Notes: generated by a model from the letters alone, not told the origin. DNA of 64,000 nt from an uncultured Candidatus Rokubacteria bacterium (GCA_963826115.1 CAWGVS010000006.1:32001-96000); one strand, 5' to 3'; shown: positions 17,430 to 27,808, counted from the stretch's first letter. Numbers and translations: made by a program.

Positions 17430-18701
17430 CTATGCCAGGGGAGTCGCGCTGGACACGGGGGTGGAACCAGTCTGGAGTCGCGTCGCGGCCCTCCGCGCCA
17501 CGAGCGTGTCCTTGACGAGACGCTCGATCTCGGGGATGCGAGTCGTCCAGTCGTTCTGCCGCGCGACGGCGAGACGCCGCGCCACGTCCTCGCTTGACGC
17601 CGGCCCCGCGGCCTCCCGGACCGCGGCGGCGAACGTCTCCTCGTCGCTGGCGACGCGCACCACGGATCCGTGGGCGGCATTGAGCCGTCGGATCTCGACC
17701 AGGTCGGTCGCCACCACCGGCAATCCCATCGCCAGGTACTCGTTGAGCTTGGCGGGATAGACGGCCGCGGTGTAATCGGTGAGACGGTAGGGCACCACCG
17801 CCACGTCGAACCCCTTGAGATACGTCGGCACCTGCACGTGCGGTTGTGGTCCCAGGAGCCGGACGTTCGGGCATTGTCGGAGCGTCGAGACGTCCGTCTC
17901 GATCGGGCCGACCAGGACGAAGCTCGCGTCCGGCAGGCGCCGCGCGATCCCCGCCAAGAGGACCTGGTCCACCTTGGAGTTCACGCTTCCCAGGTACCCG
18001 ACCCGGGGGTGGGGCAGGTCCCGGACCTCGGGCGGCGGGGAAGCGAGGGACAGCCGCTCGCGCTCGAACTGGCGATAGCCGACACCGAAGGGGAACAGGT
18101 GGACCCGATCCCGATACCGGAGCGCTCGCCGCGAGAGCCTCTCGCTCGTCACCAGCACGAGGTCGGCGCTCCGGAAGAGCTCCGCCTCGCTCTGGCCGAC
18201 GCGGCGAGCGCCGGGCGAGCTCGATGGAAGGTCGTCGACGCAGAAGTAGACCACGAGCTCGGGATCGATCTCGGCGATCGCGTCGCGGGTGAGGGGCGTC
18301 GGGAGAAACGTCCAGACGATCGGTCGGGAACCACCGGTGGCGCGTAACCAGCGCCGGATGGGGCGCATGAGGAGCGTCCGGTTGATCCGGCGGGCCACCG
18401 GCGAGTAAGGGAACGGCAGGATCAGGGGTGAGTAGATGGAGAGGTTCGCCCGCTCCGTGCGGAGCCCGCCCGCCCCGCGGCGCCAGTTCCGGAGGCGTCG
18501 GGCCAGCCGCGGCAGGTCTCGGAGCTCGGGAGTCCGGACCCCGGTGTTCTCGACGAACAGTACGCGGCTTCCCTCGGCCGCGAGGGTGGCCATGATCTCG
18601 TGGTGTCCCTGCCAGTTGAAGTCCCAGTCGATCGACGAGATGCACACGATGCGCTCGCCGGCGCGCGGATGTGCGTCGCCACGCGGGGCGTCGTCAGCCA
18701 T
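17430..18701 (-). CDS. GT4-like glycosyltransferase (TuaH-like)
   Basis: ISSIDWDFNWQ, VYFCVDD, GYLGS and YPAKLNEYLAMGLPVV motifs. ATG 18701; the upstream extension of the track ORF is not credible. Confidence 0.9.
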   Translation of the reverse strand: MADDAPRGDAHPRAGERIVCISSIDWDFNWQGHHEIMATLAAEGSRVLFVENTGVRTPELRDLPRLARRLRNWRRGAGGLRTERANLSIYSPLILPFPYSPVARRINRTLLMRPIRRWLRATGGSRPIVWTFLPTPLTRDAIAEIDPELVVYFCVDDLPSSSPGARRVGQSEAELFRSADLVLVTSERLSRRALRYRDRVHLFPFGVGYRQFERERLSLASPPPEVRDLPHPRVGYLGSVNSKVDQVLLAGIARRLPDASFVLVGPIETDVSTLRQCPNVRLLGPQPHVQVPTYLKGFDVAVVPYRLTDYTAAVYPAKLNEYLAMGLPVVATDLVEIRRLNAAHGSVVRVASDEETFAAAVREAAGPASSEDVARRLAVARQNDWTTRIPEIERLVKDTLVARRAATRLQTGSTPVSSATPLA

Positions 18702-19366
18702 TTGCCCGGCCTGGCTGGAGCGCCGCGAAGACCTCTGCGGCGGAGTCAGCCGTCTCGACGAACGTCCGATCGAGCTCCGTGAGCCGCATGTCGCCGTCAA
18801 TCCCTCGGAGCGCCGCCGCGGGGGGCCGCCGTCAGCGATCGCTCCGGTGAGATCGGGAAGAGCGCCGGGGCCGCGCGACCGCGCATCGCGCAACTCTACC
18901 ACGGCGCCATTTCGGCCGAGACGCGCTCGGCCTGCAGTGAGCTGGCCGAGCGCGGCCACTTGGTGTTCTCCGTCACTCGGGAGGAGGGTCGATCCTCGAT
19001 CGCGCATCCCGGCGTTCACCGCGTTACCTGCGAGCCCCGCCTTCGCTCGGGATCGCGACCGACGCTCGGCCCCGGCGAGGGGGGTGAAGGGCGTCCCCCA
19101 GGCGACTCGCTTCCTCTGGTGGCTCGCGCTTCTCGGGGCGGGCGAGACCGGCGGGGCGGGCCGCCGCCTGCCGCGCCGAAGGCTCGCTGATCCCTTCGAT
19201 CGGCGCGCCCGGCGAGTTCGGCAAGGAGGCTCTCGCGTCCACGGCGGCTCGTCGGATATCCTGGGCCGGCCTGTCAGGCTGGTCCTGCGCAGATCAGGGG
19301 AGAGACGATGCTGAGCGATCATGCCTTCGCCGCGCCGAGGGGCCGCCAGGTCTGAGCGGATCGAGC

Positions 19367-20965
19367 GTGACCCGCGACGATCCCGCCGACGTCCTCGTGA
19401 TCGGCGCCGGGGCGGCCGGCGCGGCCGTGGCCTGGATGCTCGCGCGCGCCGGCATCGGCGTCACGTGCCTCGAGCAGGGGGACTGGGTCGACCCGCGCGC
19501 CCTGCCGCACTGGGGAACCGACTGGGAGCTCCATCGCAACACCGACTGGAGCGCCGAGCCCAACGTGCGGCGGCTTCCCCAGGACTACCCGGTCAACGAC
19601 GCCGGGTCGCCGATCGCGCCGCTGATGTACAACGCGGTCGGGGGAAGCACGATTCACTGGAGCGCCCACTTCCCGCGCTTCCGTCCCTCGGACTTTCGCG
19701 TGCGGACTCTCGACGGGGTCGCGGACGACTGGCCGGTCGACTACGCCACGCTCGAGCCGTTCTTCGACCTGAACGATCGCATGATGGGCGTCGCGGGCGT
19801 CACCGGCGACCCCGCGTATCCCCCGAAGTCACCGCGGCAGACGCCGCCGGTCCCGCTGGACACGCTGGGCGGGACGATGGCCCGCGGGTTCGATCGACTC
19901 GGCTGGCACTGGTGGCCGTCGGACAGCGCCATCCTCACGCGCGAGTACGACGGCCGCCGGGCCTGTACCAACTGCGGGCCGTGCGACCTCGGCTGCCCGA
20001 CGGGCGCCAAGGCGAGCACCGATCTCACCTACTGGCCCAAGGCCCTGGCCGCCGGCGCGCGGTTGCTGACGCGGGCGCGGGTGCGGGAGATCACGCTCGA
20101 CCCGGACGGACGGGCTGCCGGCGCCCTCTACCACGACGCCGAGGGGCGTGTCCGCGAGCAGAAGGCGCGCGCGGTGGTCCTGGCCGCCAACGGGATCGGC
20201 ACGCCGCGGCTCCTGCTGAACTCGCGCTCGGCGCGGTTCCCGGACGGGCTGGCCAATCGCAGCGGACTCGTGGGCCGGAATCTCATGTTCCATCCCTATG
20301 CGATGGTGCGCGGCATCTTCGACCGGCCGCTCGGCGGATACCGGGGTCCCATCGGCTGCAGCCTCATCAGCCAGGAGTTCTACGAGACGGATCTCTCGCG
20401 CGGTTTCGTGCGCGGGTACTCGTTCCAGGTCGCCCGCGGACTCTCGCCGATCGCCTCGGCCCGCGGTGGGTTCATCGCGGACCGCGTGCCCTGGGGCCGC
20501 GCGCACCGCCAGGCCTACGACGCGCGCTTCGATCGCACGATCACGGTCGCGGTCATCGCCGAGGACCTGCCCGAGCCGGGGAACCGCGTGGACCTCGACC
20601 CCGCGCTCACCGACGGTCACGGGATCCCCGCGCCGCGCGTGTCGTACACGCTCAGCGAGAACAGCCGGCGCATGCTCGCGCACGGCGTCGCCCGGGCGAC
20701 CGAGGCCCTGGAAGCGGCCGGCGCCCGCGAGATCTCGGCCAATCCCCTCCTGCGCGCCGGCGGCTGGCACCTGATGGGCACGGCGCGCATGGGACGGGAT
20801 CCGGCGACCTCGGTGATCGACGCTCAGGGGCGCTGCCACGACGTGCCGAACCTCTACGTCGTGGACGGCAGCACGCTGGTGACCGGCGCCGCGGTGAACC
20901 CCACTTCGACGATCCAGGCGGTGGCGCTCTACATCGCCGACGGGATGATCCGGAGGCGCGCGTGA
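19367..20965 (+). CDS. GMC family oxidoreductase
   Basis: IGAGAAG, VGGST.HW, CTNCGPCDLGC, HLMGTARMG and NPT.TI motifs. Confidence 0.95.
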   Translation: MTRDDPADVLVIGAGAAGAAVAWMLARAGIGVTCLEQGDWVDPRALPHWGTDWELHRNTDWSAEPNVRRLPQDYPVNDAGSPIAPLMYNAVGGSTIHWSAHFPRFRPSDFRVRTLDGVADDWPVDYATLEPFFDLNDRMMGVAGVTGDPAYPPKSPRQTPPVPLDTLGGTMARGFDRLGWHWWPSDSAILTREYDGRRACTNCGPCDLGCPTGAKASTDLTYWPKALAAGARLLTRARVREITLDPDGRAAGALYHDAEGRVREQKARAVVLAANGIGTPRLLLNSRSARFPDGLANRSGLVGRNLMFHPYAMVRGIFDRPLGGYRGPIGCSLISQEFYETDLSRGFVRGYSFQVARGLSPIASARGGFIADRVPWGRAHRQAYDARFDRTITVAVIAEDLPEPGNRVDLDPALTDGHGIPAPRVSYTLSENSRRMLAHGVARATEALEAAGAREISANPLLRAGGWHLMGTARMGRDPATSVIDAQGRCHDVPNLYVVDGSTLVTGAAVNPTSTIQAVALYIADGMIRRRA

Positions 20966-21414
20966 CGGGATCGCAGCTGGCCGGGCAGCGCGACCTGCTG
21001 ATCGTGGTCCTGGACGCGCTGGTGCCGGAGGACGCGGGCTTCCCCGACGCCGGCGCGGTCGCGGTCGACCATCTCCTCGCCGTGGCGGCCGCGTCGGCGG
21101 ATCTGGACAGTCTGCTCTCCGGGGGGTTGCGGGCGGTGGAGCAGGCGAGCCGGGCCGCCGGCGCCACGGGTCTCGGGTCGCTGAGCGCCGACGGGCGCGA
21201 GGCGGTGCTTCGCCGCGTCGAGCAGTCGCACGCCGCCTTCTTCGAAGCGCTGGTCGGGCATGCGTACGACGGGTACTACAGTCACCCGACGGTCGTCGCG
21301 CGACTGGGGCTCGATCCGAGCCCGCTCCATCCCCGCGGTCACCGTGTCGAGACGGCGGACGCGCCCGACCTCGCCCGCGTCAGCGCGCGTGGCCCGATCT
21401 ATCGCCGCGCCTGA
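20962..21414 (+). CDS. Gluconate 2-dehydrogenase subunit 3-like partner protein
   Basis: GTGA overlap with the GMC stop. LDALVP...FPDAG and FFEAL...GYYSHP motifs. Confidence 0.8.
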   Translation: MTGSQLAGQRDLLIVVLDALVPEDAGFPDAGAVAVDHLLAVAAASADLDSLLSGGLRAVEQASRAAGATGLGSLSADGREAVLRRVEQSHAAFFEALVGHAYDGYYSHPTVVARLGLDPSPLHPRGHRVETADAPDLARVSARGPIYRRA

Positions 21415-21508
21415 GAGCAATGGGGGCGCGAGGCTCACGCGCCGGGACCGCGCGGTGCCCTGACGCGTTGACTGATCTGCATCCGATTGATACGCAAGGA
21501 ATGCCACC

Positions 21509-22288
21509 ATGCGTGCCCCGGAGATCGGGAAGGTCGCCACGGCGCAGGACGGAGCGCCTGCTCGGGCCGTGACTCGAGGCGATCGGTCGTCCGGAGTCCC
21601 GCCGGTCCGCCCGACGCTCAGGCGGCGGGCGACGGCCGAGGCGCTCGGCACCGGGCTCCTGGTCGCGGCGGTCGTGGGGTCCGGGATCATGGGGGAGCGC
21701 CTGGCTGGCGGTAACGCGGGCCTGGCCCTCCTGGCGAATACCGCCGCCACCGGCGCGGCCCTGGTGGCGTTGATCCTCGCGCTCGGCCCCGTGTCCGGCG
21801 CCCACTTCAACCCCGTCGTGACGCTGGGCGCGAGCGTGACCGGCGCGCTGACCCGGGGTGACGTCCCCGCCTACGTCGCGGCGCAGGTGCTCGGGGGCCT
21901 GCTCGGCGCGGCGATCGCCAACCTCATGTTCGAGGGCCCCATCTTCTCGCTCGCGCAGCACGCGCGGCACGGGCCGGCCCAGCTCCTGAGCGAGGTCGTC
22001 GCGACGTTCGGGCTGCTCCTCGTCATCGGTCTGGGCGTGCGGCACCGGCCGGCCGCCGTGCCGTTCGCGGTGGCGGCGTACATCACGGCAGCGTACTGGT
22101 TCACGGCGTCGACGTCCTTCGCCAACCCCGCGGTGACGCTGGCGCGCGCCCTCAGCGACTCGTTCGCGGGGATCCGGCCGCAGGACGTCCCGGGATTCGT
22201 CGCCGCGCAGTGCGTCGGCGGAGCGCTGGCGATCGGGGTCGTGCGCTGGCTCCTGACCCCCCCGGCCGGCAGCCCGGAGCCCGAGTGA
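21509..22288 (+). CDS. MIP/aquaporin family channel (ars-operon AqpS-like)
   Basis: SGAHFNPVVT and YWFTASTSFANPAVT motifs, GSGIMGERL. Coupled to arsC. Confidence 0.92.
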   Translation: MRAPEIGKVATAQDGAPARAVTRGDRSSGVPPVRPTLRRRATAEALGTGLLVAAVVGSGIMGERLAGGNAGLALLANTAATGAALVALILALGPVSGAHFNPVVTLGASVTGALTRGDVPAYVAAQVLGGLLGAAIANLMFEGPIFSLAQHARHGPAQLLSEVVATFGLLLVIGLGVRHRPAAVPFAVAAYITAAYWFTASTSFANPAVTLARALSDSFAGIRPQDVPGFVAAQCVGGALAIGVVRWLLTPPAGSPEPE

Positions 22289-23220
22289 TGCGCCGGCAGG
22301 TGCTGTTCCTGTGCACGCACAACTCCGCCCGGAGCCAGATGGCGGAGGGATGGCTGCGGCATCTGGCGGGGGACCGCTTCGAGGCGGCGAGCGCCGGCAC
22401 CGAGGCGACGCGCGTCCATCCGCTCGCGATCCAGGCCATGCGCGAGGTTGCGATCGACCTGGGCTCCCACTCCTCGAAGACCCTGGACGCCCTCCCGGAT
22501 CGCCCGTGGGACTTCGTGATCACCGTGTGCGATGCCGCCAACGAGCGGTGCCCGCTGTTCCCGGGACGCACCACGCGGCTTCACTGGAGCTTCGAAGACC
22601 CGTCTCGAGCGGCCGGGAGCGAGGCGGAGCGCCTCGCCACCTTCCGGCGCGTCCGCGACGAGATCCGCGCGCGGCTCGAGGGCTGGCTGGCCACCGCGCG
22701 TGATGCCGACGTGGCCCTGACCAGTCGCCTCGCGACCGGCGCCGACGCCGAGGCGATCGCGCGCATCTACAACGAGGGCATCGAGGAGCGCATCGCCACG
22801 TTCGAGACCGAGCCGCGCTCGGCGGCGCAGCTCGAGCGTCAGCTGGCGGAGAAGGGCGACCGCTATCCCACGGTCGTGGTGGAGCGGGAGGGCGAGGTCG
22901 TGGCCTGGGCGAGCGCCGGCCCCTACCGCGCGCGGGATGCCTACGCGGGGGTCGCGGAGCACTCGGTCTACACCGCGCGACGCGCCCGGGGCCTCGGCGC
23001 CGGACGGGTCGCCCTGGACGCGCTGATCCGCGCCTACGAGGCGCGGGGGTTCTGGAAGCTCGTGTCCCGGATCTTCCCCGAGAACCAGGCGAGCCTGGCC
23101 CTCCACGAGCGCGCGGGCTTCCGCGTCGTCGGCGTCTATCGCCGGCACGGCCGGCTCGAGGGTGCCTGGCGCGACTGCGTCATCGTGGAGCGGCTCCTCG
23201 GCCAGGCCGCGCGCGACTGA
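22288..23220 (+). CDS. arsC: Fusion: thioredoxin-type arsenate reductase ArsC + ArsN1-like GNAT acetyltransferase
   Basis: LFLCTHNSARSQMAE, TVCD..CP and HW.FEDP motifs. Then IYNEGIEERIATFETE, EHSVY, WKLVSRIFPEN.AS..LH, with no stop between the two domains. Confidence 0.9.
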   Translation: MRRQVLFLCTHNSARSQMAEGWLRHLAGDRFEAASAGTEATRVHPLAIQAMREVAIDLGSHSSKTLDALPDRPWDFVITVCDAANERCPLFPGRTTRLHWSFEDPSRAAGSEAERLATFRRVRDEIRARLEGWLATARDADVALTSRLATGADAEAIARIYNEGIEERIATFETEPRSAAQLERQLAEKGDRYPTVVVEREGEVVAWASAGPYRARDAYAGVAEHSVYTARRARGLGAGRVALDALIRAYEARGFWKLVSRIFPENQASLALHERAGFRVVGVYRRHGRLEGAWRDCVIVERLLGQAARD

Positions 23221-23301
23221 CGACTACGGCCCGGGCCCGGGCATGGCGCCGAGACGTGTGAAGGGAACGTGGCGTCGTGCTGGCGCGAGGCCCCCCACGC
23301 G

Positions 23302-24552
23302 ATGCCGCTGAAGCGCGGAGTGGTGGCGATGTGCGCCGCGCAGGCCTGCGCCCAGATCGGCGCGTTCGCCGTGGCGGCGCTCCTGCCGACGCTGATCGCC
23401 GCCTGGTCGCTGACCAACACCGAGGCGGGGTGGATCAGCGGCATCTACTACGCCGCGTACACGCTCGTCGTTCCGCTTCTCGCGTCCCTGACGGATCGCG
23501 TCGATCCCCGACGCGTCTACCTGGGCTCGGTTGCCGTGACCGCGATGGCCTTCTTCGGGTTCGCGTGGCTCGCCACCGGCTTCTGGTCGGCGCTGGCGTG
23601 CCGGGCGCTCATGGGCGCCGGATGGGCGGGAAGCTACATGCCGGGCCTCAAGGCCTTGAGCGACCTCGCGGAGGGCCCGCAGCAATCCCGCGCCGTGGCC
23701 GCGCACGCGGCGGCGGTGGGAGTGAGCGGCGCGCTCTCGTTCGGCGTGGCCGGAGCGGTGAACGCCGCGCTCGGTTGGCAGTGGGCGCTGATGCCGGGGG
23801 CCATCGGCGCGGCCGTGGCGTTCGTGCTGGTGCTGGCCGGCCTGCCGCCGCGGCCCGTCAGCCCGCCGACCGGCTCGCGCGGCGCCCTGCTCGACTTCCG
23901 CCCCGTCCTCCGGAACCGCTCCGCCCTGGCGTACTCGGTCGCCTACTGCGTCCATACGTGGGAGATGTCCGCCCTGCGCGGCTGGGTCGTCGCGTTCCTG
24001 ACGTTCGCGGCCGCTCGGGCTCCGGAGTCCTGGGTTCCGCTCGCCCCGGCCACCGTCGCCAGCGCGATGGGTCTGCTCGGCGTGTGGGCCAGCGTGTGGG
24101 GAAACGAGCTCGCCATGCGAGTTGGACGCCGCCGTTTCATCCTGGGCACCATGCTCGCCTCCGCTGCGCTGGCGGCCGGGATCGGCTTCAGCGCGGCCCT
24201 CCCGTACGCGGGCGCGGCCGCGCTGGTGTTCCTCTACGCGGTGCTGATCTGGTCCGATTCCTCGTCACTGACCGCGGGAAGCGCCGGCAGCGCCGAGCCA
24301 GGCCGACGCGGCGCGACGCTCGCCGTCCACTCGACGCTCGGGTACGCCGGCGGCTTCCTCGGGCCGCTGGCCCTCGGGGCGACGCTCGATCTGCTGGGCG
24401 GCGCGAGCGTGCGGGGGTGGGGGGTGGCCTTTGCCCACGTCACGATCGCGCTACTGCTGGGTGCGTTCCTGTTCGCGCGGCTCGGCCCCGCGGATCTGGC
24501 CGGTGATCGCTCGGCGCGTCCGGCCAAGGCAGGCGCTTCGGGTCGGTCCTGA
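23302..24552 (+). CDS. MFS transporter
   Basis: About 12 hydrophobic segments; LTDRVDPRR and YMPGLKALSD motifs. Start uncertain (23269 or 23302). Confidence 0.88.
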   Translation: MPLKRGVVAMCAAQACAQIGAFAVAALLPTLIAAWSLTNTEAGWISGIYYAAYTLVVPLLASLTDRVDPRRVYLGSVAVTAMAFFGFAWLATGFWSALACRALMGAGWAGSYMPGLKALSDLAEGPQQSRAVAAHAAAVGVSGALSFGVAGAVNAALGWQWALMPGAIGAAVAFVLVLAGLPPRPVSPPTGSRGALLDFRPVLRNRSALAYSVAYCVHTWEMSALRGWVVAFLTFAAARAPESWVPLAPATVASAMGLLGVWASVWGNELAMRVGRRRFILGTMLASAALAAGIGFSAALPYAGAAALVFLYAVLIWSDSSSLTAGSAGSAEPGRRGATLAVHSTLGYAGGFLGPLALGATLDLLGGASVRGWGVAFAHVTIALLLGAFLFARLGPADLAGDRSARPAKAGASGRS

Positions 24553-24619
24553 GGCGGGGCCGCTCCAGGGGCGGGGGTCGCGGGAGCGTGATCCCGATCC
24601 CGTCGAATCAGAATCGGGC

Positions 24620-24655
24620 TTGACATGAGTCCCAATGAGTCGTAATACTACGACT
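24620..24655 (+). promoter_or_regulatory. arsR promoter with overlapping palindromic operator
   Basis: TTGACA-N17-TAATAC. Palindrome AGTCGTA-ATAC-TACGACT at 24638-24655, directly before GTG 24657. Confidence 0.75.
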
Positions 24656-24656
24656 T

Positions 24657-25019
24657 GTGAACGCGCAAAGCCCCCTCCGTACCGCGCCGGGTGCCGCCGC
24701 GAGTCCCCCCTCGAGGGGGGGGGCTGTCGCATCCCGCGGCCTCGCGATCACGCCGGCCGACGAGGAGCTCGCCGGGTTCACCCGGGCGCTCGGCCATCCG
24801 ATCCGAGTGGCGATCATGCGGCACCTCCTCGAGCGGGGCGAGTCTGTCTGCACGGACCTGTCTGACGTCGTCCCGCTCGCCCACTCCACGACGATGCAGC
24901 ACCTCAAGGTGCTCAAGGAGGCCGGCCTGGTCTCCACCGGCCGGTGTGGCCGGAACGTCCTCTACTGCGTGAACCCCGAGGCGCTGCGGCAGCTCCGCGC
25001 CCTGGTGGGTCGCCTGTAG
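24657..25019 (+). CDS. arsR: ArsR/SmtB family regulator
   Basis: ALGHPIRVAI, PLAHST.MQHLKVLKEAGLV and YCVN motifs; arsenic-gene context. Confidence 0.9.
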   Translation: MNAQSPLRTAPGAAASPPSRGGAVASRGLAITPADEELAGFTRALGHPIRVAIMRHLLERGESVCTDLSDVVPLAHSTTMQHLKVLKEAGLVSTGRCGRNVLYCVNPEALRQLRALVGRL

Positions 25020-25077
25020 TTTTTTTGCCGTGAGAAGTCGTCAGACGCCGACACACGACTCAGAGGAGATACCGACG

Positions 25078-26571
25078 ATGTCGACTTCCTCGCTCCCGAT
25101 CGCGATCATCGGCGCGGGCCCCGTGGGACTGGCCGCAGCCGCCCACCTCCTCCGCCGCGGCGAGATGCCGATCGTCCTGGAGGCGGGCGTCCAGGTGGGC
25201 GCGGCGGTGCGACAGTGGGCGCACGTGCGGGTCTTCTCGCCCTGGCGCTACAACGTCGACCCCGTCGCCGCCGCGATGCTGGAGAAAGCGGGCTGGACGA
25301 CGCCCGACCCGGATCACCTGCCGACCGGGGGGGAGCTCGTCGCCGAGTATCTCGAGCCGCTCGCGGCGCTGCCCGAGATGGCCCCGTCGCTCCGGCTCGG
25401 CACGCGTGTCGTCAGCGTCAGCCGCGAGGGCTTCGACAAGCTCCGGACGGACGGCCGTGACGCGGCCCCGTTCGTGCTGCGTGTCCTCACGCCCGCCGGT
25501 GAGGAGGAGGAGATCCGAGCCCGGGCGGTCGTCGACGCCTCGGGCACCTACGGCGGCCCGAATCCCCTCGGGGCGGACGGGACTCCCGCCCGCGGAGAGG
25601 CCCGGATCCGGGACCGCGTCTTTTACGGCATCCCCGACGTGCTCGGGACGCATCGGCACCGCTACGCCGGCCGGCGCGTGGCGGTCGTGGGGAGCGGCCA
25701 CTCCGCGCTCAACACTCTCATCGACCTCGCGGCGCTGCGCGACGCGGCCCCCGGGACCGAGATCGTGTGGATCGTCCGGCGTCCGCCGGCGGCGCGCGTG
25801 TTCGGCGGCGGCGCGGCCGACGCCTTGCCCGCGCGGAGCGCGCTGGGGCAGCAGGCGCGCCGATTCCTGGATCGCGGCGCGGTGACGCTCGTTGTCGGGC
25901 GCATCGCGGCTGTTGCCCAAACCGCCCGCGGCGTCTCGATCCACGACGAGGCCGGCCGAAACCTGGCGGCGATCGACGAGGTGGTGGCCGTGACGGGCTT
26001 TCGACCGGACCTCGGCCCGCTCCGGGAGCTGCGCCTCGACCTCGACCCGATCATGGAAGCTCCGCGGGCGCTGGCCCCGCTGATCGACCCGAACGTCCAC
26101 AGCTGCGGGACGGTGCCGCCGCACGGCGTCGAGGAGCTCGCGCAGCCCGAGCCCGGCCTCTTCGTGGTCGGCATGAAGAGCTACGGGCGCGCGCCGACGT
26201 TCCTCATGCTGACCGGCTACGAGCAGGTCCGGTCGATCGCCTGCGCGCTGACCGGAGACTGGACCGGCGCGCGGCGCGTCGAGCTCACGTTGCCCCCGAC
26301 GGGGGTCTGCAGCGCGACCCCGAGCGACGCGCGCGTGGAGGACGCCGAGCCGGTGGTGTCCTGCTGTGGCGGCCCGGCGCCGGTGACGGTGAACGCCTGC
26401 TGCGCCGCGGACGCCGACGCCAAGGCGACCGGGCAGGAGGGCTGCGGCTGCGGGCCGGAGAGCTCGGCCGAGACCGGGCGGATGGGCGCGGCGGGGGAGG
26501 CGCCACGAAGGCCGTTGCTGAGCATCGTCGCGCCCCGACCGGACTCGCCCGCGAGCTCCTGCTGCAGCTAG
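25078..26571 (+). CDS. Flavin-dependent monooxygenase (ArsV-like) with Cys-rich tail
   Basis: IGAGPVG, DASGT, VGSGHSA, HSCGTV.PHG and GMKSYGRAPTFL motifs. Tail SCCGGP..ACC..GCGC..SCCS. GAGGAG RBS. Confidence 0.85.
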   Translation: MSTSSLPIAIIGAGPVGLAAAAHLLRRGEMPIVLEAGVQVGAAVRQWAHVRVFSPWRYNVDPVAAAMLEKAGWTTPDPDHLPTGGELVAEYLEPLAALPEMAPSLRLGTRVVSVSREGFDKLRTDGRDAAPFVLRVLTPAGEEEEIRARAVVDASGTYGGPNPLGADGTPARGEARIRDRVFYGIPDVLGTHRHRYAGRRVAVVGSGHSALNTLIDLAALRDAAPGTEIVWIVRRPPAARVFGGGAADALPARSALGQQARRFLDRGAVTLVVGRIAAVAQTARGVSIHDEAGRNLAAIDEVVAVTGFRPDLGPLRELRLDLDPIMEAPRALAPLIDPNVHSCGTVPPHGVEELAQPEPGLFVVGMKSYGRAPTFLMLTGYEQVRSIACALTGDWTGARRVELTLPPTGVCSATPSDARVEDAEPVVSCCGGPAPVTVNACCAADADAKATGQEGCGCGPESSAETGRMGAAGEAPRRPLLSIVAPRPDSPASSCCS

Positions 26572-26593
26572 GAGTGCCCGGGTCCCCGGCCTG

Positions 26594-27808
26594 ATGGGGC
26601 GGATCACCCCGGCGCGGTACGGCTGGGTGATCGTGGCGACGCTCTCCGTCACCGAGACGGTGACGTGGGGCATCGTCTACTACGGATTCCCCGTGTTCCT
26701 GCGGTCGATGGAGCAGGACCTCGGTGCCTCGCGCGTGGCCGTGACCGGCGCGTTCTCCGTCGGGCTCGGCGTGTCGGCCCTGGCGGCCCTGCCGGTCGGA
26801 CGCTGGATCGACCGCCACGGGTCCCGTGGTCTCATGACGGCGGGCTCCTGCCTGGCCACGGTCCTCACCTTCGCGTGGGCCCGGGTCCAGAGCCTGCCCG
26901 CGCTCTACGCCGTCTGGTTCGGCATGGGCGTGGCCATGGCGGCCACGCTCTACGAGCCGGCGTTCGCCACCATCGTGTCGTGGTTCTCGCGGCGACGGGA
27001 CCGGGCGCTCCTCACCGTGACGCTGGTGGCGGGGCTCGCGAGCACGATCTTCATGCCGATCGAGGCCTGGCTCCTCGTCCGGGTCGGCTGGCGGGATGCG
27101 CTCACGATCTTGACGGTCGTCCTCGGCGCGATCACGATCCCGCTCCACGCCGCGCTGCTCCGGCGGGCGCCCGCGAGCGACGCTCGGCCCGCGACGCCCG
27201 GCGTGCCGGTGCCGACGGTCCCGGGCATGACACTGGGCGCGGCCCGACGCACCACGGTCTTCTGGGTGCTGGGCGCCGCGTTCTTCGTGAGCAACTTCGC
27301 GACCGCGGCCCTCAGCACCCACCTGATCCCCTACCTCGTGGGCCGCGGCTACTCCCCGCCGCTCGCGGCCACGGCGATCGGCTGGATGGGCGCGATGCAG
27401 CTGCCCGGGCGGCTCCTGTTCGTGCCGATCTCGGCACGTCTCGGGGCGCGCGTGATGGTGGGGGCGGTGTTCGTCGCCCAGGCTCTGGGAATCGGCCAGC
27501 TCCCACTGCTCGGGCTGATCGGCACGCTTCTGCCGTTCATCTTTCTCCAGGGCGCGGCGAACGGTATGGCAACGCTCGCCCGGGCCACCTCGCTGGCGGA
27601 GTTCTTCGGCACGCGCCACTACGGGGCGATCGCGGGCGCCGTCGCGCTGGGTGCCAACGGCGCCCGGGCGATCGGCCCGGTCGGCGCCTCGCTGCTCTGG
27701 GTCGCGCTCGGCTCCTATCCCGCCGTGTTCTGGCTCCTGGCCGTCTCGCTGATCCTCGCGGGCGCGGCGCTGCTCGCTTTCGGGTCCCGGCCGCCCCAGC
27801 CCGAGTAG
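26594..27808 (+). CDS. MFS transporter (ArsK-like)
   Basis: WG.VYY.FPV, GRWIDRHG, AATLYEPAFA and LVAGLASTIF motifs; third gene of arsR-FMO-MFS. Confidence 0.85.
   Translation: MGRITPARYGWVIVATLSVTETVTWGIVYYGFPVFLRSMEQDLGASRVAVTGAFSVGLGVSALAALPVGRWIDRHGSRGLMTAGSCLATVLTFAWARVQSLPALYAVWFGMGVAMAATLYEPAFATIVSWFSRRRDRALLTVTLVAGLASTIFMPIEAWLLVRVGWRDALTILTVVLGAITIPLHAALLRRAPASDARPATPGVPVPTVPGMTLGAARRTTVFWVLGAAFFVSNFATAALSTHLIPYLVGRGYSPPLAATAIGWMGAMQLPGRLLFVPISARLGARVMVGAVFVAQALGIGQLPLLGLIGTLLPFIFLQGAANGMATLARATSLAEFFGTRHYGAIAGAVALGANGARAIGPVGASLLWVALGSYPAVFWLLAVSLILAGAALLAFGSRPPQPE

Noticed and set aside
18702-19366. Gene or ncRNA in the 660-bp gap between the divergent GT4 and GMC genes
   Set aside because: Only low-complexity Arg/Pro-rich translations, and no RNA family motif recognised.
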